Assembly: GCA_041483195.1 (NCBI GenBank)
Contig: JBGPFC010000015.1
Coordinates: 28,805 to 92,804 of the forward strand
DNA: 64,000 nt
Reading direction: 5' to 3'
Source of the DNA: Candidatus Eiseniibacteriota bacterium
Lineage (GTDB): Bacteria; Eisenbacteria; RBG-16-71-46
The notes under the pieces are model-generated. The model did not search any database. It had not been told where the DNA came from and worked only from the letters and a program-made list of their open reading frames with translations. This document shows positions 51,020 to 61,012 of this stretch, piece after piece; positions within the stretch are counted from its first letter, which is position 1, and each line of letters begins with the position of its first letter. The translations under genes and the position numbers were made by a program.

Positions 51020-52384
51020 ATGACCGACTTCGCAGCGATCGATCGTGAGATCGAGCAACGGCTCGACCGGAGCCTCGCCGAGCTGTCGCGCCTGGTCGCG
51101 CAGCCGAGCATCGCCGCCCAGAATCTGGGGCTGGACGCCTGCGCAGCGCAGGTCGGCGAGCTGCTTCGCGCGCGCGGGTTCGACGCGAAGATCCTGCCCA
51201 CCGCTGGCGCGCCGGTCGTGGTGGCGGAGCGCGCGGGACGGAGCGAGCGCACGCTCCTGATCTACAACCACTACGACGTGCAGCCGCCCGAGCCGCTCGA
51301 GCTGTGGACCAGTCCTCCGTTCGAGGCGACGCTCCGCGATGGCCGCCTCTTCGGGCGCGGCGTGAGCGACGACAAGGGCCACCTCACCGCGCGGCTGCTC
51401 GCGATCGACGCCCTGCTCGCCGTGGAGCGCGAGCTGCCATGCCGGGTGAAGTGGGTGGTCGAGGGCGAGGAGGAGGTGGGAAGCGTTCATCTCCCCGCGT
51501 TCGTCCACGAGCACCGCGCGCGGCTCGCCGCCGATGCCTGCCTGTGGGAGTTCGGCTCGGTGGACCATCGCGAGGTTCCGCAGCTGTTCGCGGGACTGCG
51601 CGGCATCTGCTACGTGGAGCTGTCGGTGCGGACCGCGAGCCGCGACGCGCACTCGGGGCTCGGCGGCTCCATCTTTCCGAACGCGGCGTGGCGGCTGACG
51701 TGGGCGCTCGCCTCGCTCAAGGGACCGGACGAGCGCGTGCGCATCGCGGGCTTCTACGACCCGGTGCGGCCGCCCTCCGCGCGCGACCGCGAGCTGATGA
51801 GCGCGATGCCGGATGGGGCGGCCGACGACCGCGAGCGATACGGTCTGCGGGGCTTCCTGCGCGGCATGACGGGCGGGCTCGAGCTGCGGATCGCCGAGGT
51901 GTTCGAGCCCACCTGCACCATCTGCGGGCTCACGGCGGGCTATCAGGGGGCGGGATCCAAGACGGTGCTCCCCGCGCGAGCCTCGGCCAAGGTGGATTTC
52001 CGACTGGTGCCCGACCAGATGCCGGAGCAGGTGCTGGCTCAGCTCCGGGCCCATCTCGATGCGCGCGGATTCGACGACGTCACGATCACCCACCTCGGCG
52101 GCGGCCCCGCCGGCCGGACCGATCCGGATCACCCGTTCCTCGCGCTGGTCGCACGCACCGCCGAGCCGGTTTACGGCGTGCCGATGGAGATCGTCCCGAT
52201 GATCGGAGGCTCCGGGCCGAACCACGCGTTCATCCACGAGTTGAATGTTCCGGTGGCGACGGCGGGCCTCGGTCATCCCGACACGCGCGCCCACGCGCCG
52301 GACGAGAACGTTCGCGTGGACCTTTACCTCAAGCACGCGAAGCACGCCGCGCGGCTGATGCTGGCGTTCGCGCGGGAACAATGA
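51020..52384 (+). CDS. M20/M25/M40 family metallopeptidase (dipeptidase-like)
   Basis: YNHYDVQP, GRGVSDDKG, EGEEEVGS, HAPDEN; AGGAG RBS. Confidence 0.9.
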   Translation: MTDFAAIDREIEQRLDRSLAELSRLVAQPSIAAQNLGLDACAAQVGELLRARGFDAKILPTAGAPVVVAERAGRSERTLLIYNHYDVQPPEPLELWTSPPFEATLRDGRLFGRGVSDDKGHLTARLLAIDALLAVERELPCRVKWVVEGEEEVGSVHLPAFVHEHRARLAADACLWEFGSVDHREVPQLFAGLRGICYVELSVRTASRDAHSGLGGSIFPNAAWRLTWALASLKGPDERVRIAGFYDPVRPPSARDRELMSAMPDGAADDRERYGLRGFLRGMTGGLELRIAEVFEPTCTICGLTAGYQGAGSKTVLPARASAKVDFRLVPDQMPEQVLAQLRAHLDARGFDDVTITHLGGGPAGRTDPDHPFLALVARTAEPVYGVPMEIVPMIGGSGPNHAFIHELNVPVATAGLGHPDTRAHAPDENVRVDLYLKHAKHAARLMLAFAREQ

Positions 52385-52404
52385 CTCGACGAAAGGAGAA
52401 TTCC

Positions 52405-53292
52405 ATGGGCGGCACTCTCGGTCTCATTCTCGTATCGGGCGCCACCGGCCAGCAGGGCGGGGCGATCGCGCGCGAGCTGCTCGCGAAGGGGCACACGGTG
52501 CGCGCGATGACCCGGAAGCCCGACGGCGAGGCGGCGCGGGCGCTCGCGAAGCTGGGCGCCCAGGTCGTCGCCGGCGATCTGGACGACGCGGCGTCGCTGG
52601 AGCGCGCGCTCGCCGGCGCGTGGGGCGCCTACGCTGTGCAGAACACGTGGGAAGCCGGGGTTGAGCGGGAGGAGGCGCAGGGCAGGCGATTCGCCGAGAT
52701 CGCGCGGAGCCGCGGCGTGCAGCACCTGGTCTACAGCTCCGTGGGGTCTGCGCACCGCGGCACCGGCATCCCGCACTTCGAGAACAAGTGGCGTGTCGAG
52801 GAGAAGATTCGGAGCCTCGGCTTCCCGTCCCACACCGTCGTGCGCCCGGCGTTCTTCATGGAGAACCTCGCATCGCCATTGTTCCTGTCCGCGATCCAGC
52901 AGGGCAATCTGGCGGTCGGGATCGCACCGCGGACCGTTCTCCAGATGATCGCGGTGCGGGACATAGGGAAGTACGGACTCTGGGCGTTCGAGCGGCACGC
53001 CTCGCTCAACGGCCGCGCGATCGACATCGCGGGCGACGCGCTCACCATGCCGCAGACCGCGGAAGTCCTGAGCCGCGCATCCGGCCGCACGGTCCGGCAT
53101 TTCCAGGTGCCGATCGAGGAGGTGCGCAAGTTCAGCGCGGATTTCGCACTCATGCTCGAATGGTTCGATCGCACGGGCTACGACGCGGACATCGCGGCCA
53201 CCTCGCGCGAGAGCGGCATCCGTCCGACGACGTTCGCGGAGTGGGCGCCGTCGGTGAGCTGGGCGCCGGCGCCCGCGGCCAGCCGGGGCTGA
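52405..53292 (+). CDS. NmrA/HSCARG family NAD(P)-binding protein
   Basis: GATGQQG, VYSSVG, IPHFENK, RPAFFMEN; AAGGAG RBS. Confidence 0.9.
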   Translation: MGGTLGLILVSGATGQQGGAIARELLAKGHTVRAMTRKPDGEAARALAKLGAQVVAGDLDDAASLERALAGAWGAYAVQNTWEAGVEREEAQGRRFAEIARSRGVQHLVYSSVGSAHRGTGIPHFENKWRVEEKIRSLGFPSHTVVRPAFFMENLASPLFLSAIQQGNLAVGIAPRTVLQMIAVRDIGKYGLWAFERHASLNGRAIDIAGDALTMPQTAEVLSRASGRTVRHFQVPIEEVRKFSADFALMLEWFDRTGYDADIAATSRESGIRPTTFAEWAPSVSWAPAPAASRG

Positions 53293-53300
53293 GGCCGGAG

Positions 53301-53334
53301 GGGCGCGCGCGGCGGATTCCGCGTCGCGCGCGCC
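53301..53334. terminator. GC hairpin between convergent genes
   Basis: GGCGCGCGCGGCGGA..CCGCGTCGCGCGCGCC followed by ACTTT. Confidence 0.45.
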
Positions 53335-53343
53335 ACTTTCCAT

Positions 53344-54699
53344 TCACTCCGGCTCGCCAGGGCTCCACGAATCGGGACGCATCCCGAGCTTCCTGATCTT
53401 CTTGTAGAGGTGGCTGCGCTCGAGGCCGAGTCGTGACGCCGCCAGCGTCATGCTGCCGCCGGCGGCGAGCAGCGCGGCCTCGATCTGCCTCCGCTCGAAG
53501 GCCTGCACCGCATCGCTGAGGCGCGTGCCCGCGGGTTCATTGGAGACGGTGCGGGGGAGCGCCGCGCCCACTTCCTCCGGGCCGATCCGAACGCCGGGAT
53601 TCATGATCAGCAGCCGCTCGACCAGGTTGCGCAGCTCGCGCACGTTGCCGGGGAACGCGTAGCGCGTCAGCAGCTCGATCGCGCCCGCCGCGAAGGCGGG
53701 GCGCGGGACGCTGGTCTCCTTCGCGATCTGCGCGGCGAAGCTCTCGACCAGCAGCGGGATGTCGCCGGGGCGCTCTCGCAACGGGGGCACGGTGATCGGG
53801 ATCACCGCCAGGCGAAAGTAGAGATCCTCCCGGAACTCGCCGGAACGCGCCCGCGCCGCGAGGTCGCGATTGGTCGCGGCCAGCGTGCGCACGTCCACCT
53901 TGATCGCGCGATTGCCCCCCACGCGTGAGAGCTCGCCCTCCTGCAGCACCCGCAGCAGCTTGGTCTGCGCGCGCGGGCTCAGGTCGCTCACCTCGTCGAG
54001 GAACAGCGTGCCGCCGTGCGCCTCCTCGAATCGTCCGCGCCTCGCCTGGGTCGCGCCCGTGAAAGCCCCGCGCTCGTGACCGAACAGCTCGGAATCGATG
54101 AGCTCCTCCGGAATCGCGGAGCAGTTCACGGCGACGAACGGCATCTCGCGGCGGGGGCTCGAGGCGTGGAGCGCGCGGGCGACGAGTTCCTTGCCGCTGC
54201 CGTGCTCGCCCTGGATCAGCACCCGGGAGGCGCTCGGCCCCGCGCGCCGGATCTCCTCGAGCAGCCGCCGGATCGGTTGCGATTGTCCGACGATCGAGAA
54301 CGCGAGCGGGCGCAGCAGCCGGCGGTTCTCCGCCCGAAGGGCGAGCGCCGCTGAGGCGTTGCGCAAGAGCACCAGCAGCCGCTCGAGCGCGATCGGCTTC
54401 TCCAGAAAATCGAAAGCGCCGAGCCGCGTCGCCTTCACCGCAGCGTCGATGGTCGCGTGCCCCGACATCATGATCGCCACCGTTTCCGGGGTATGGGTCG
54501 CGATCTCGGTCAACAGATCCAGCCCGCTGCCATCGGGAAGCAACACGTCGAGCAATACGAAGTCGTACGCCTCGCGCAGCTTCGTCCGCGCCTCGGCCAG
54601 CGTCCCGGCGACCTCGACCTGATACTCCGCACGGCCCAGCGCCCCCTCGAGGCTGCTCCGGATGTTCGGTTCGTCGTCCACGATCAGCAGGGATGGCAT
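53344..54699 (-). CDS. Sigma54-dependent response regulator (NtrC/NtrX family)
   Basis: REC (VDDE, LDV, KP), GEHGSGKE, GAFTGA, FLDEV, FPGNVREL, C-terminal HTH. Confidence 0.95.
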   Translation of the reverse strand: MPSLLIVDDEPNIRSSLEGALGRAEYQVEVAGTLAEARTKLREAYDFVLLDVLLPDGSGLDLLTEIATHTPETVAIMMSGHATIDAAVKATRLGAFDFLEKPIALERLLVLLRNASAALALRAENRRLLRPLAFSIVGQSQPIRRLLEEIRRAGPSASRVLIQGEHGSGKELVARALHASSPRREMPFVAVNCSAIPEELIDSELFGHERGAFTGATQARRGRFEEAHGGTLFLDEVSDLSPRAQTKLLRVLQEGELSRVGGNRAIKVDVRTLAATNRDLAARARSGEFREDLYFRLAVIPITVPPLRERPGDIPLLVESFAAQIAKETSVPRPAFAAGAIELLTRYAFPGNVRELRNLVERLLIMNPGVRIGPEEVGAALPRTVSNEPAGTRLSDAVQAFERRQIEAALLAAGGSMTLAASRLGLERSHLYKKIRKLGMRPDSWSPGEPE

Positions 54700-54701
54700 G
54701 T

Positions 54702-56420
54702 TCAGGCCCTCGATTCCAGCGGTAGCCGGATGATGAATGTGGTCCCGGCGCCCGGCGCGCCCTCCACCGAGATCGTGCCGCGATGATCGCTCACGATGCG
54801 CTCGACGATGGTCAGGCCCAGGCCGCTGCCATGGGTCTTGGTCGTGAATCCGGGGACGAACAGCTGAGCCCGCTGCTCGGCCCCGAGGCCCGGGCCGGTG
54901 TCGGAAACCCGAATCTCGAGCGCGTCGCCAACGGCCGCAGCGGCCACGGTCGCTCGCCCCGTGGCATCCAGCGCTTCGAGCGCGTTCTTGATGAGATTGA
55001 CGAGCGCCTGCCGCAGCTGGCCGGAGTCGGCGTTGAGCGTGACCTCCCGGCCGGACGCCGCGAACGCCAGCCGATGATCCGCGACCTCGCGCGCGTAGAG
55101 CGTCTCGAGATCGGAGAGGATGTCGGCGAGTCGGCAGGTCGTGAGCCGGGGCTCCGGGAACCGGCCGAACTCGGAGAACTCATCGAGGATGCGCCTCAAC
55201 GTCTCGATCTCCTCCGAGACGGTGCGGACCGCCTGAGCCAGGATCTCCGGGAAGTCGGCGCGCTGCTGATCGTAGCTGCGCTTCAGGTCCGCGACCGAGA
55301 CCGCGATCGGGGTGAGCGGGTTCTTGATCTCGTGCGCCACCCGGCGCGCCATCTGGCTCCATGCCGCGTGGCGCTCGCCGACCACGAGCCGTTCGCGATA
55401 GACACGCAGGTCGCGCCGCATCCGGTCGAGCGCCGCGACCAGCGTCTGCAGCTCGCGCACGCTGTGCATCGTGAGCGGCTCCTCCCACTCGCCGTGCGAC
55501 AACTTCTCGGAGAACGCGGCGAGCCGCTCCACGGGCTTCGAGATCTGCGACGACCAGAGCGTTCCGAGCAGGACCGCGAGCGCGAGCCCCACCACGCCCA
55601 GCAGCGCCGAGGCCATCCGGAGGGTCGCGATGGTCTGATCGGCCGCGGCCGTCGAGACGTAGCCGGCGATGGTGGCCCGCGTGGAATCGCCGAACTCGAG
55701 CGGCATCGCCCGGCCGAGGTACGACCGGTCGCCGATCGCGACCCGGGATGCGCTCCCCTCCGGCGCGCCGGCGATCTCCCGATCCGGCGCGAAGGTGGAG
55801 GCCACCGCGCGGCCGTTCGGGTCGCAAAGGACCAGATCCACGTCGCTCGATGCCTTCAATCGCGCGAGGAAGCCGCGATCGAGCAGCACGCCGCCGTGCA
55901 CGACGCCCGCGACCGCGCCTTCGTACCGGATCGCCCTGCAGGATGCCATGGCCAGGGCGCTTCCGGACTCGATGCGTTCGAGCCGCGGCCCCGGGAGCTC
56001 GCGCAGTCCCGCCCGCAAGATGCGCACGAAATCCGCGTGGCCCACCGCGACCCCCGGGCCGCTGCCTGCTCCGTCCGCGATCACAGCGCCCGAGGTATCC
56101 GCGACCTCGAGGAAATCCAGATCGAGCAGCACTCGCCGCTCTGCGAGGTAATCGGCCAGGTCCTGCCGTCCTGACGCACGCACCAGGTAGAGCCGCTTCA
56201 GCGCCGGGTCCCTCCCCAGGATGCGGAGCTGCTCGCCGAGCCGGTCGCCTCGGTCCTTCAACTCGACGCTCAGGCCCCCGAGCGTCGAGCCCAGCCGCAC
56301 CCCCGACTGCGTCCGCAACGTCGACTCGATGCGCCGCGAGAGCAGCGCCATCGCGAGCGCGAGTGGAATCACCGCGACCAGGAACGATCCCAGGATCAGG
56401 CGCGCGCGCAGCGAGTTCAT
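54702..56420 (-). CDS. HAMP-containing sensor histidine kinase (NtrY-like)
   Basis: Two TMs, HAMP, AHEIKNPLTP, NLIKNA, DTGPG, FTTK, GSGLGL. Confidence 0.92.
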   Translation of the reverse strand: MNSLRARLILGSFLVAVIPLALAMALLSRRIESTLRTQSGVRLGSTLGGLSVELKDRGDRLGEQLRILGRDPALKRLYLVRASGRQDLADYLAERRVLLDLDFLEVADTSGAVIADGAGSGPGVAVGHADFVRILRAGLRELPGPRLERIESGSALAMASCRAIRYEGAVAGVVHGGVLLDRGFLARLKASSDVDLVLCDPNGRAVASTFAPDREIAGAPEGSASRVAIGDRSYLGRAMPLEFGDSTRATIAGYVSTAAADQTIATLRMASALLGVVGLALAVLLGTLWSSQISKPVERLAAFSEKLSHGEWEEPLTMHSVRELQTLVAALDRMRRDLRVYRERLVVGERHAAWSQMARRVAHEIKNPLTPIAVSVADLKRSYDQQRADFPEILAQAVRTVSEEIETLRRILDEFSEFGRFPEPRLTTCRLADILSDLETLYAREVADHRLAFAASGREVTLNADSGQLRQALVNLIKNALEALDATGRATVAAAAVGDALEIRVSDTGPGLGAEQRAQLFVPGFTTKTHGSGLGLTIVERIVSDHRGTISVEGAPGAGTTFIIRLPLESRA

Positions 56421-57649
56421 GGCTTCAGTCCAGCTGGCTCGCAATCGAACAGGTTGACGAGCGCGTCGGCCCCCAGCGCGTTCAGCGTGACGCGAATCCG
56501 CTGAGTGCAGACCAGCGGACAGCGCAGCGCGAACAGATACGCGACGTGCACTCGCTCGCCGGGCGGGATCGAGTCGCGCGCGAAGGGGCCGGTCCGGAGC
56601 TCGTCCGGCGCGTGCGGCGTCGCCGGAGCCGGATCGTCGACCGGAGCGTCGAGGCCGAACACGCGCACCCGCGTCACGCGCCCCGAATGAGCCAGGGCGC
56701 TTCCCCCGCGATTGAGCAATCGTTCCATCGCGGAGTGCCCCGGGCAGGCGGTATCCACCTCGAAGCGCACCGGCCCCGAGGGTCCCCGCTCCGGCGCCGG
56801 GGCCGAGGCGGCGCGATGCTGCGCCGGAATGAACGGCGCGAGGTCGCCCCGATAGAGCTCCTGATTGAGCGAGGCGAAACGAGGATCGTCCGCGAACGGC
56901 CGCGAGCCGCTCGAATCCTCGGCCGAATCGCCGGCCACCCACATCGCCGCGAACCAGCCCCGCGCGCGCGTGCCGTAAAGCGGATCCTGCCAGCGCGGCT
57001 GATCGCGAACGTGCCGCGACAGTTCGCCCGGCCAGAACATCGCGGCGTCCACCTCGCCGCGCTCCAGCGCGATCTCTTCGTCGGCGCTCTCGTCGAACAG
57101 CCGGACGATCAACGTATCCGGCCACGGCGCGTCCGCCGCGACGCCCGGCTCGCGCAGCAGCCGGTACGAGTGATCGGTCGAAGCGTCGATCCGATAGGCG
57201 CGAGCCGGCCATGCCTCCCGCAGCGACATGCGATCGCACGCGAAGCAGAACGGGTTCCGCAGCGGCGACGGATACCCGACTCGGAGGCTCGCCGCCGCCC
57301 GCTCTACCGGATGCGTCGCGACCATCCGCACGCGATCGAGCCTCTTCTTCGCGCTCCGAAGCGATCCGGAGGTCAGGCGCGCGATGGCCAGCACGCCCTG
57401 GTGGACGCTGACGATTTCGCCGGCGGCGATGGATCTTCCGCGCAGCGCGAACTCGAGGCGATCGCCCGGCGCCAGCGCCAGCGAGTCCGCGAGGGCGACG
57501 TACACGCGTTCGCCCCGCACCAGCAGGACGGTGGCGTCCACCGCGGTGGACTGGGCGGCCGCGTACGAGGCCAGCCCCGCCAGGCAGAGAGCGACGAGGC
57601 CCGCCCGCCGCGTCGCCTCGCGGACGCGCCGGGAAATCGCGTCACGCAC
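56417..57649 (-). CDS. Exported protein with partial solute-binding-protein family 5-like motifs
   Basis: Signal-like hydrophobic N-terminus, DTLIVRLFDESADEEIALERGEVD, TGPF; stop overlaps kinase ATG; start uncertain. Confidence 0.55.
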   Translation of the reverse strand: MRDAISRRVREATRRAGLVALCLAGLASYAAAQSTAVDATVLLVRGERVYVALADSLALAPGDRLEFALRGRSIAAGEIVSVHQGVLAIARLTSGSLRSAKKRLDRVRMVATHPVERAAASLRVGYPSPLRNPFCFACDRMSLREAWPARAYRIDASTDHSYRLLREPGVAADAPWPDTLIVRLFDESADEEIALERGEVDAAMFWPGELSRHVRDQPRWQDPLYGTRARGWFAAMWVAGDSAEDSSGSRPFADDPRFASLNQELYRGDLAPFIPAQHRAASAPAPERGPSGPVRFEVDTACPGHSAMERLLNRGGSALAHSGRVTRVRVFGLDAPVDDPAPATPHAPDELRTGPFARDSIPPGERVHVAYLFALRCPLVCTQRIRVTLNALGADALVNLFDCEPAGLKP

Positions 57650-57788
57650 GGCAGGCAACCCCCGGTGCGGATGAGCGACGACGGCTGTGTCCCAAGTGCC
57701 GATCTCCGTGTCCAACGCGACGCGCTCGCCGGATCGATGATGGCGCAGCGGCTTGGAGGTGGGCCGCAGAGTGTGGCGCGTCGCGGCG

Positions 57789-57885
57789 CGTGTCAAGCCT
57801 GACACGAATGCGCGCGCGTCTCGCGCCCGCTCCACGGTCAACGCGCGATCGCGCAACGAAATCGCATCCCGGCACGCCGCTTGAG
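57789..57885 (+). promoter_or_regulatory. Palindromic operator plus sigma54-like promoter upstream of lipoprotein gene
   Basis: CGTGTCA-agcc-TGACACG (57789-57806) and CGGCACGCCGCTTGAG (57870-57885). Confidence 0.45.
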
Positions 57886-58035
57886 TAGGGACATTCCGCG
57901 AGGGCGGCGGCTCACGAGGTTCCGCCGCCCTGAATCCCACGCGCGAGGCAAGGGCTTCGTGCCGGGACGACAGCGGAGCAGGGGCCGGCGACCTGCGTGC
58001 TGATCGAGACACCGCAGCCGGCGGGGAGCAGGACG

Positions 58036-58575
58036 ATGAACGGAAGGCTGAAGAACACGCAGATGGGCGCCCTCGCGACGGCGGCGATCGCGCTCGCATT
58101 CCTCACGCTCGGGTGCGGCAGTCACGAGGAACACACGGCGTCGGCCGCGGCCGGCGGGACCGATGCCGTGACCGCGGCGCAGAGCGGCCCCGCGATCGAG
58201 CCGCTGCCCCCCGGCAGCGCGAGCGAAGTCGCGCCGCCGAGTCAGGGTCAGGTCGTGGCTTCCGCCGACTCGATCCCGCCCGAGATCGACGCTTCGGTCG
58301 CGGACACGCTGGTCACGAAGGGCTCGGTGGTCGAGATCACGGCCGACGCATCGCCGGATGTCACATCGATGAGCCTCCGCGACGGAACCGGCACCGAGCA
58401 GCTCTTCGCATACGACTCCGATCGGAAGCTGTGGCACGTCTTCTATCGCGTCCCGATGAAGATCCGCGCCGATCGCTGCGGGCTCTCGATCACGGCCAGC
58501 AATGGTTCCAACCACTGGCGCCGCGTGTGGCTCTTCCTGCGGGTGGAGCAGGAGGAGAAGGCGGGCGAGCCGTAG
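58036..58575 (+). CDS. Hypothetical lipoprotein
   Basis: Lipobox FLTLG^C, low-complexity linker, beta-rich C-terminal domain. Confidence 0.65.
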   Translation: MNGRLKNTQMGALATAAIALAFLTLGCGSHEEHTASAAAGGTDAVTAAQSGPAIEPLPPGSASEVAPPSQGQVVASADSIPPEIDASVADTLVTKGSVVEITADASPDVTSMSLRDGTGTEQLFAYDSDRKLWHVFYRVPMKIRADRCGLSITASNGSNHWRRVWLFLRVEQEEKAGEP

Positions 58576-58647
58576 TCCGGGCTCCTCCCTGAATGCGTTC
58601 GGCGCGCGGGCCTCGCGGCTCCGCGCGCCGATCCGTCGCGTGCCCGG

Positions 58648-59280
58648 CTACTTCCCCGGCTGGGGCGTCACGCGCAGGTAGGGCTTCTTCGCGTCGTATC
58701 CCGGGAACTTCTTCTTCGCGTCCTCGTCGCTCACCGAGGTCGCGATGATCACGTCCTCGCCCTGCTTCCAGTCGGCCGGGGTCGCGACCGCGAAGGTCGC
58801 GGTGAGCTGCAGCGAGTCGATGGTGCGCAGCAGCTCGTCGAAGTTGCGCCCGGTGCTGGCCGGGTAGGTGAGCGTGAGCTTCACCTTGTTGTCGGGCCCG
58901 ACCACGAACACCGATCGCACGGTCAGCGTGTCGTTCGCATTGGGGTGGATCATGTCGTACAGGTCGGACACCTTGCGGTCGTGATCGGCGATCAGCGGGA
59001 AATTGAGCGCGTGCCCCGTCACGTCCTGGATGTCCTGCGTCCAGCGGCGGTGACTGTCGATCGGGTCGACGCTCAGCCCCATCACCTTGGTGTTGCGCTT
59101 CTCGAATTCCTTCTTGAGCGAGGCGACCCGGCCCAGCTCGGTGGTGCAGACCGGGGTGAAGTCCTTGGGGTGGGAGAACAGCACCGCCCAGCCGTTCCCC
59201 TTCCACTGATAGAAGTCGAGCCTGCCTTCGGTGGTATCGGCGGTGAAGTTGGGGGCGATGTCGCCCAGACGGATGGACAT
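58648..59280 (-). CDS. 1-Cys peroxiredoxin (Prx6 family)
   Basis: FSHPKDFTPVCTTE, YPASTGRNFDE, TPADW. Confidence 0.95.
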   Translation of the reverse strand: MSIRLGDIAPNFTADTTEGRLDFYQWKGNGWAVLFSHPKDFTPVCTTELGRVASLKKEFEKRNTKVMGLSVDPIDSHRRWTQDIQDVTGHALNFPLIADHDRKVSDLYDMIHPNANDTLTVRSVFVVGPDNKVKLTLTYPASTGRNFDELLRTIDSLQLTATFAVATPADWKQGEDVIIATSVSDEDAKKKFPGYDAKKPYLRVTPQPGK

Positions 59281-59601
59281 GGCGTACTCCGTGATTCGGG
59301 ACGGATGGACGACGGTCGCCGCTTCCCTGCGGCCACCGGCGTCGGGGGGTCTGACGACGGGGATGCTCATTTCATAGGCCCTGACCGCGCGCCTTGTCAA
59401 GCCAAGCCATCGTCAAGCGTCGCCGTCACTCCGGCCAGGCCCGGTCTCCGCCGCGAGCCGCCGGGCCGCCAACTTCCCGGGCAACAAGGGTATTGCGGCG
59501 GAAGCCGCTTGGGGCTAGCTTCGCGCGCACTTGCCCACGATGGGCGGGCTCGAAGTCCCGCGCATCACCGCGTGGTTCCATCTCAATGGAGGACCCCTCA
59601 C

Positions 59602-60030
59602 GTGCGTCGCGCACTCCAGTTTCTCATCCTGTTGGTCGCTATCGCGGTCGTTGTTCCCGCCGCCCATGCCGCTCCCAAGAAGTATCGGGTGGTCATGTCG
59701 TGGACCGAGGTCGACTCGCTCGGCCAGTGGGTGATGACCAAGCACGCCGGCAACATGCTCGACGACCTGGGCCAGGACAACGTGCAGCTCGAGATCCTGG
59801 CGTATGGGGCCGCCACCTTCGCGGTGACGAAGACGCGCCCGCAGACCAAGTTCGCAGCCGACATCGAGAAGCTCACCAAGCGCGGCGTCGTATTCCACGT
59901 GTGCTCGCACGCGATGGACCTGCTCGGGGTGAAGGCGGACGAGATCCTGCCCACCGTGACTCCCGTCCAGGGCGCGATGTGGTACATGGTGACGAAGCAT
60001 TCCGAGGGCTGGCAGATCCTGAAGCCCTGA
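59602..60030 (+). CDS. Exported DsrE/DsrF-like protein
   Basis: GGAGG RBS, GTG start, signal peptide AAHA, EILAYG, GVVFHVCSHAM, GWQILKP. Confidence 0.78.
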   Translation: MRRALQFLILLVAIAVVVPAAHAAPKKYRVVMSWTEVDSLGQWVMTKHAGNMLDDLGQDNVQLEILAYGAATFAVTKTRPQTKFAADIEKLTKRGVVFHVCSHAMDLLGVKADEILPTVTPVQGAMWYMVTKHSEGWQILKP

Positions 60031-60097
60031 CCCCGCATCGTGCGCACGGCGGCGTCCGCGTCCCGGGCGCCGCCGTGTCATCGCTCGTGGAGCCCGG

Positions 60098-60964
60098 ATG
60101 GTTCGCCCGCTCACGCCAGTGGTCGTGTTCTGGATGTCCGCCGTGATGTGCGCGGCGGCGGCGCTCGCGATCCCCGCCGCGGGCGGCGGCGAAGAGGCGT
60201 TCCGCGCTCCGTCCGGATACTCGGTGCCGCCCGATTCGCTCATTCCACCGGGACCGATGGGCGTCTCGATTCGGCGCGGCCGCGCCATCCTGCTCGCCGC
60301 GCGAGATTCGCTCCCCGGCCACGTCGGCAACCGGCTGACCTGCACCAACTGCCATCGCGACGCCGGCACCCGTGCTTCCTCGGGCCCGTGGGTGGGATCG
60401 TTCGCGAGCTTTCCGCAATACAACGCGCGCGCGGGGCGCGTGATCCGGATCGAGGACCGCGTGAACGAGTGCCTGCGGCGCAGCCTCAACGGCGAGCCGC
60501 TCGCGGCCGAGGGGCGCGACATGAACGACATCGTGGCCTACCTCGCGTTCCTCTCGAGCGGCGTGCCGCACGGTCCGCGCGCGGCGTGGCTCGGATACCG
60601 GCGGCTCACGCCGCGCCCGGGCGATGCGCGCGCGGGGGAGAAGCTCTACGCCGAGCAATGCGCGCGATGCCATGGCGCGAACGGCGAGGGAACGGCGGTC
60701 GCGCCGCCCGCATGGGGGCCGCAGTCGTTCGCGATCGGCGCGGGCATGGCGCGCATTCAGACCGCGGCCGCCTTCATCCGCTGGAACATGCCGTTCGACC
60801 GGCCCGGGCTGCTCACCGATCAACAGGCCTACGACGTGGCGGCCTTCGTGCTCTCGCACTCCCGCCCCGACACTCCGGGCAAGGAGAAGGACTGGCCCCA
60901 CGGCGACCCGCCCGATGACGCGGCGTACCCGACGCTCGCGGGCCACAAGGCCGGAGCGCGCTGA
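60098..60964 (+). CDS. tsdA: Diheme c-type cytochrome, thiosulfate dehydrogenase/tetrathionate reductase TsdA-like
   Basis: CTNCH and CARCH, RVNECLRRSLNG (active-site Cys), WGPQSFAIGAGM, NMPF. Confidence 0.78.
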   Translation: MVRPLTPVVVFWMSAVMCAAAALAIPAAGGGEEAFRAPSGYSVPPDSLIPPGPMGVSIRRGRAILLAARDSLPGHVGNRLTCTNCHRDAGTRASSGPWVGSFASFPQYNARAGRVIRIEDRVNECLRRSLNGEPLAAEGRDMNDIVAYLAFLSSGVPHGPRAAWLGYRRLTPRPGDARAGEKLYAEQCARCHGANGEGTAVAPPAWGPQSFAIGAGMARIQTAAAFIRWNMPFDRPGLLTDQQAYDVAAFVLSHSRPDTPGKEKDWPHGDPPDDAAYPTLAGHKAGAR

Positions 60965-61012
60965 TTCGAAATGCGGTCAATGCACGACCGCGCGCGGACG
61001 ATGACCGGGAGT

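Noticed and set aside
49574..52381. Apparent 935-aa Amt fusion
   Set aside because: The N-terminal 528 aa are antisense to the M20 peptidase; the real Amt starts at 50794 behind a GGAGG RBS. The same applies to apparent extensions of ackA, DinB, NmrA, PP2C and the kinase.
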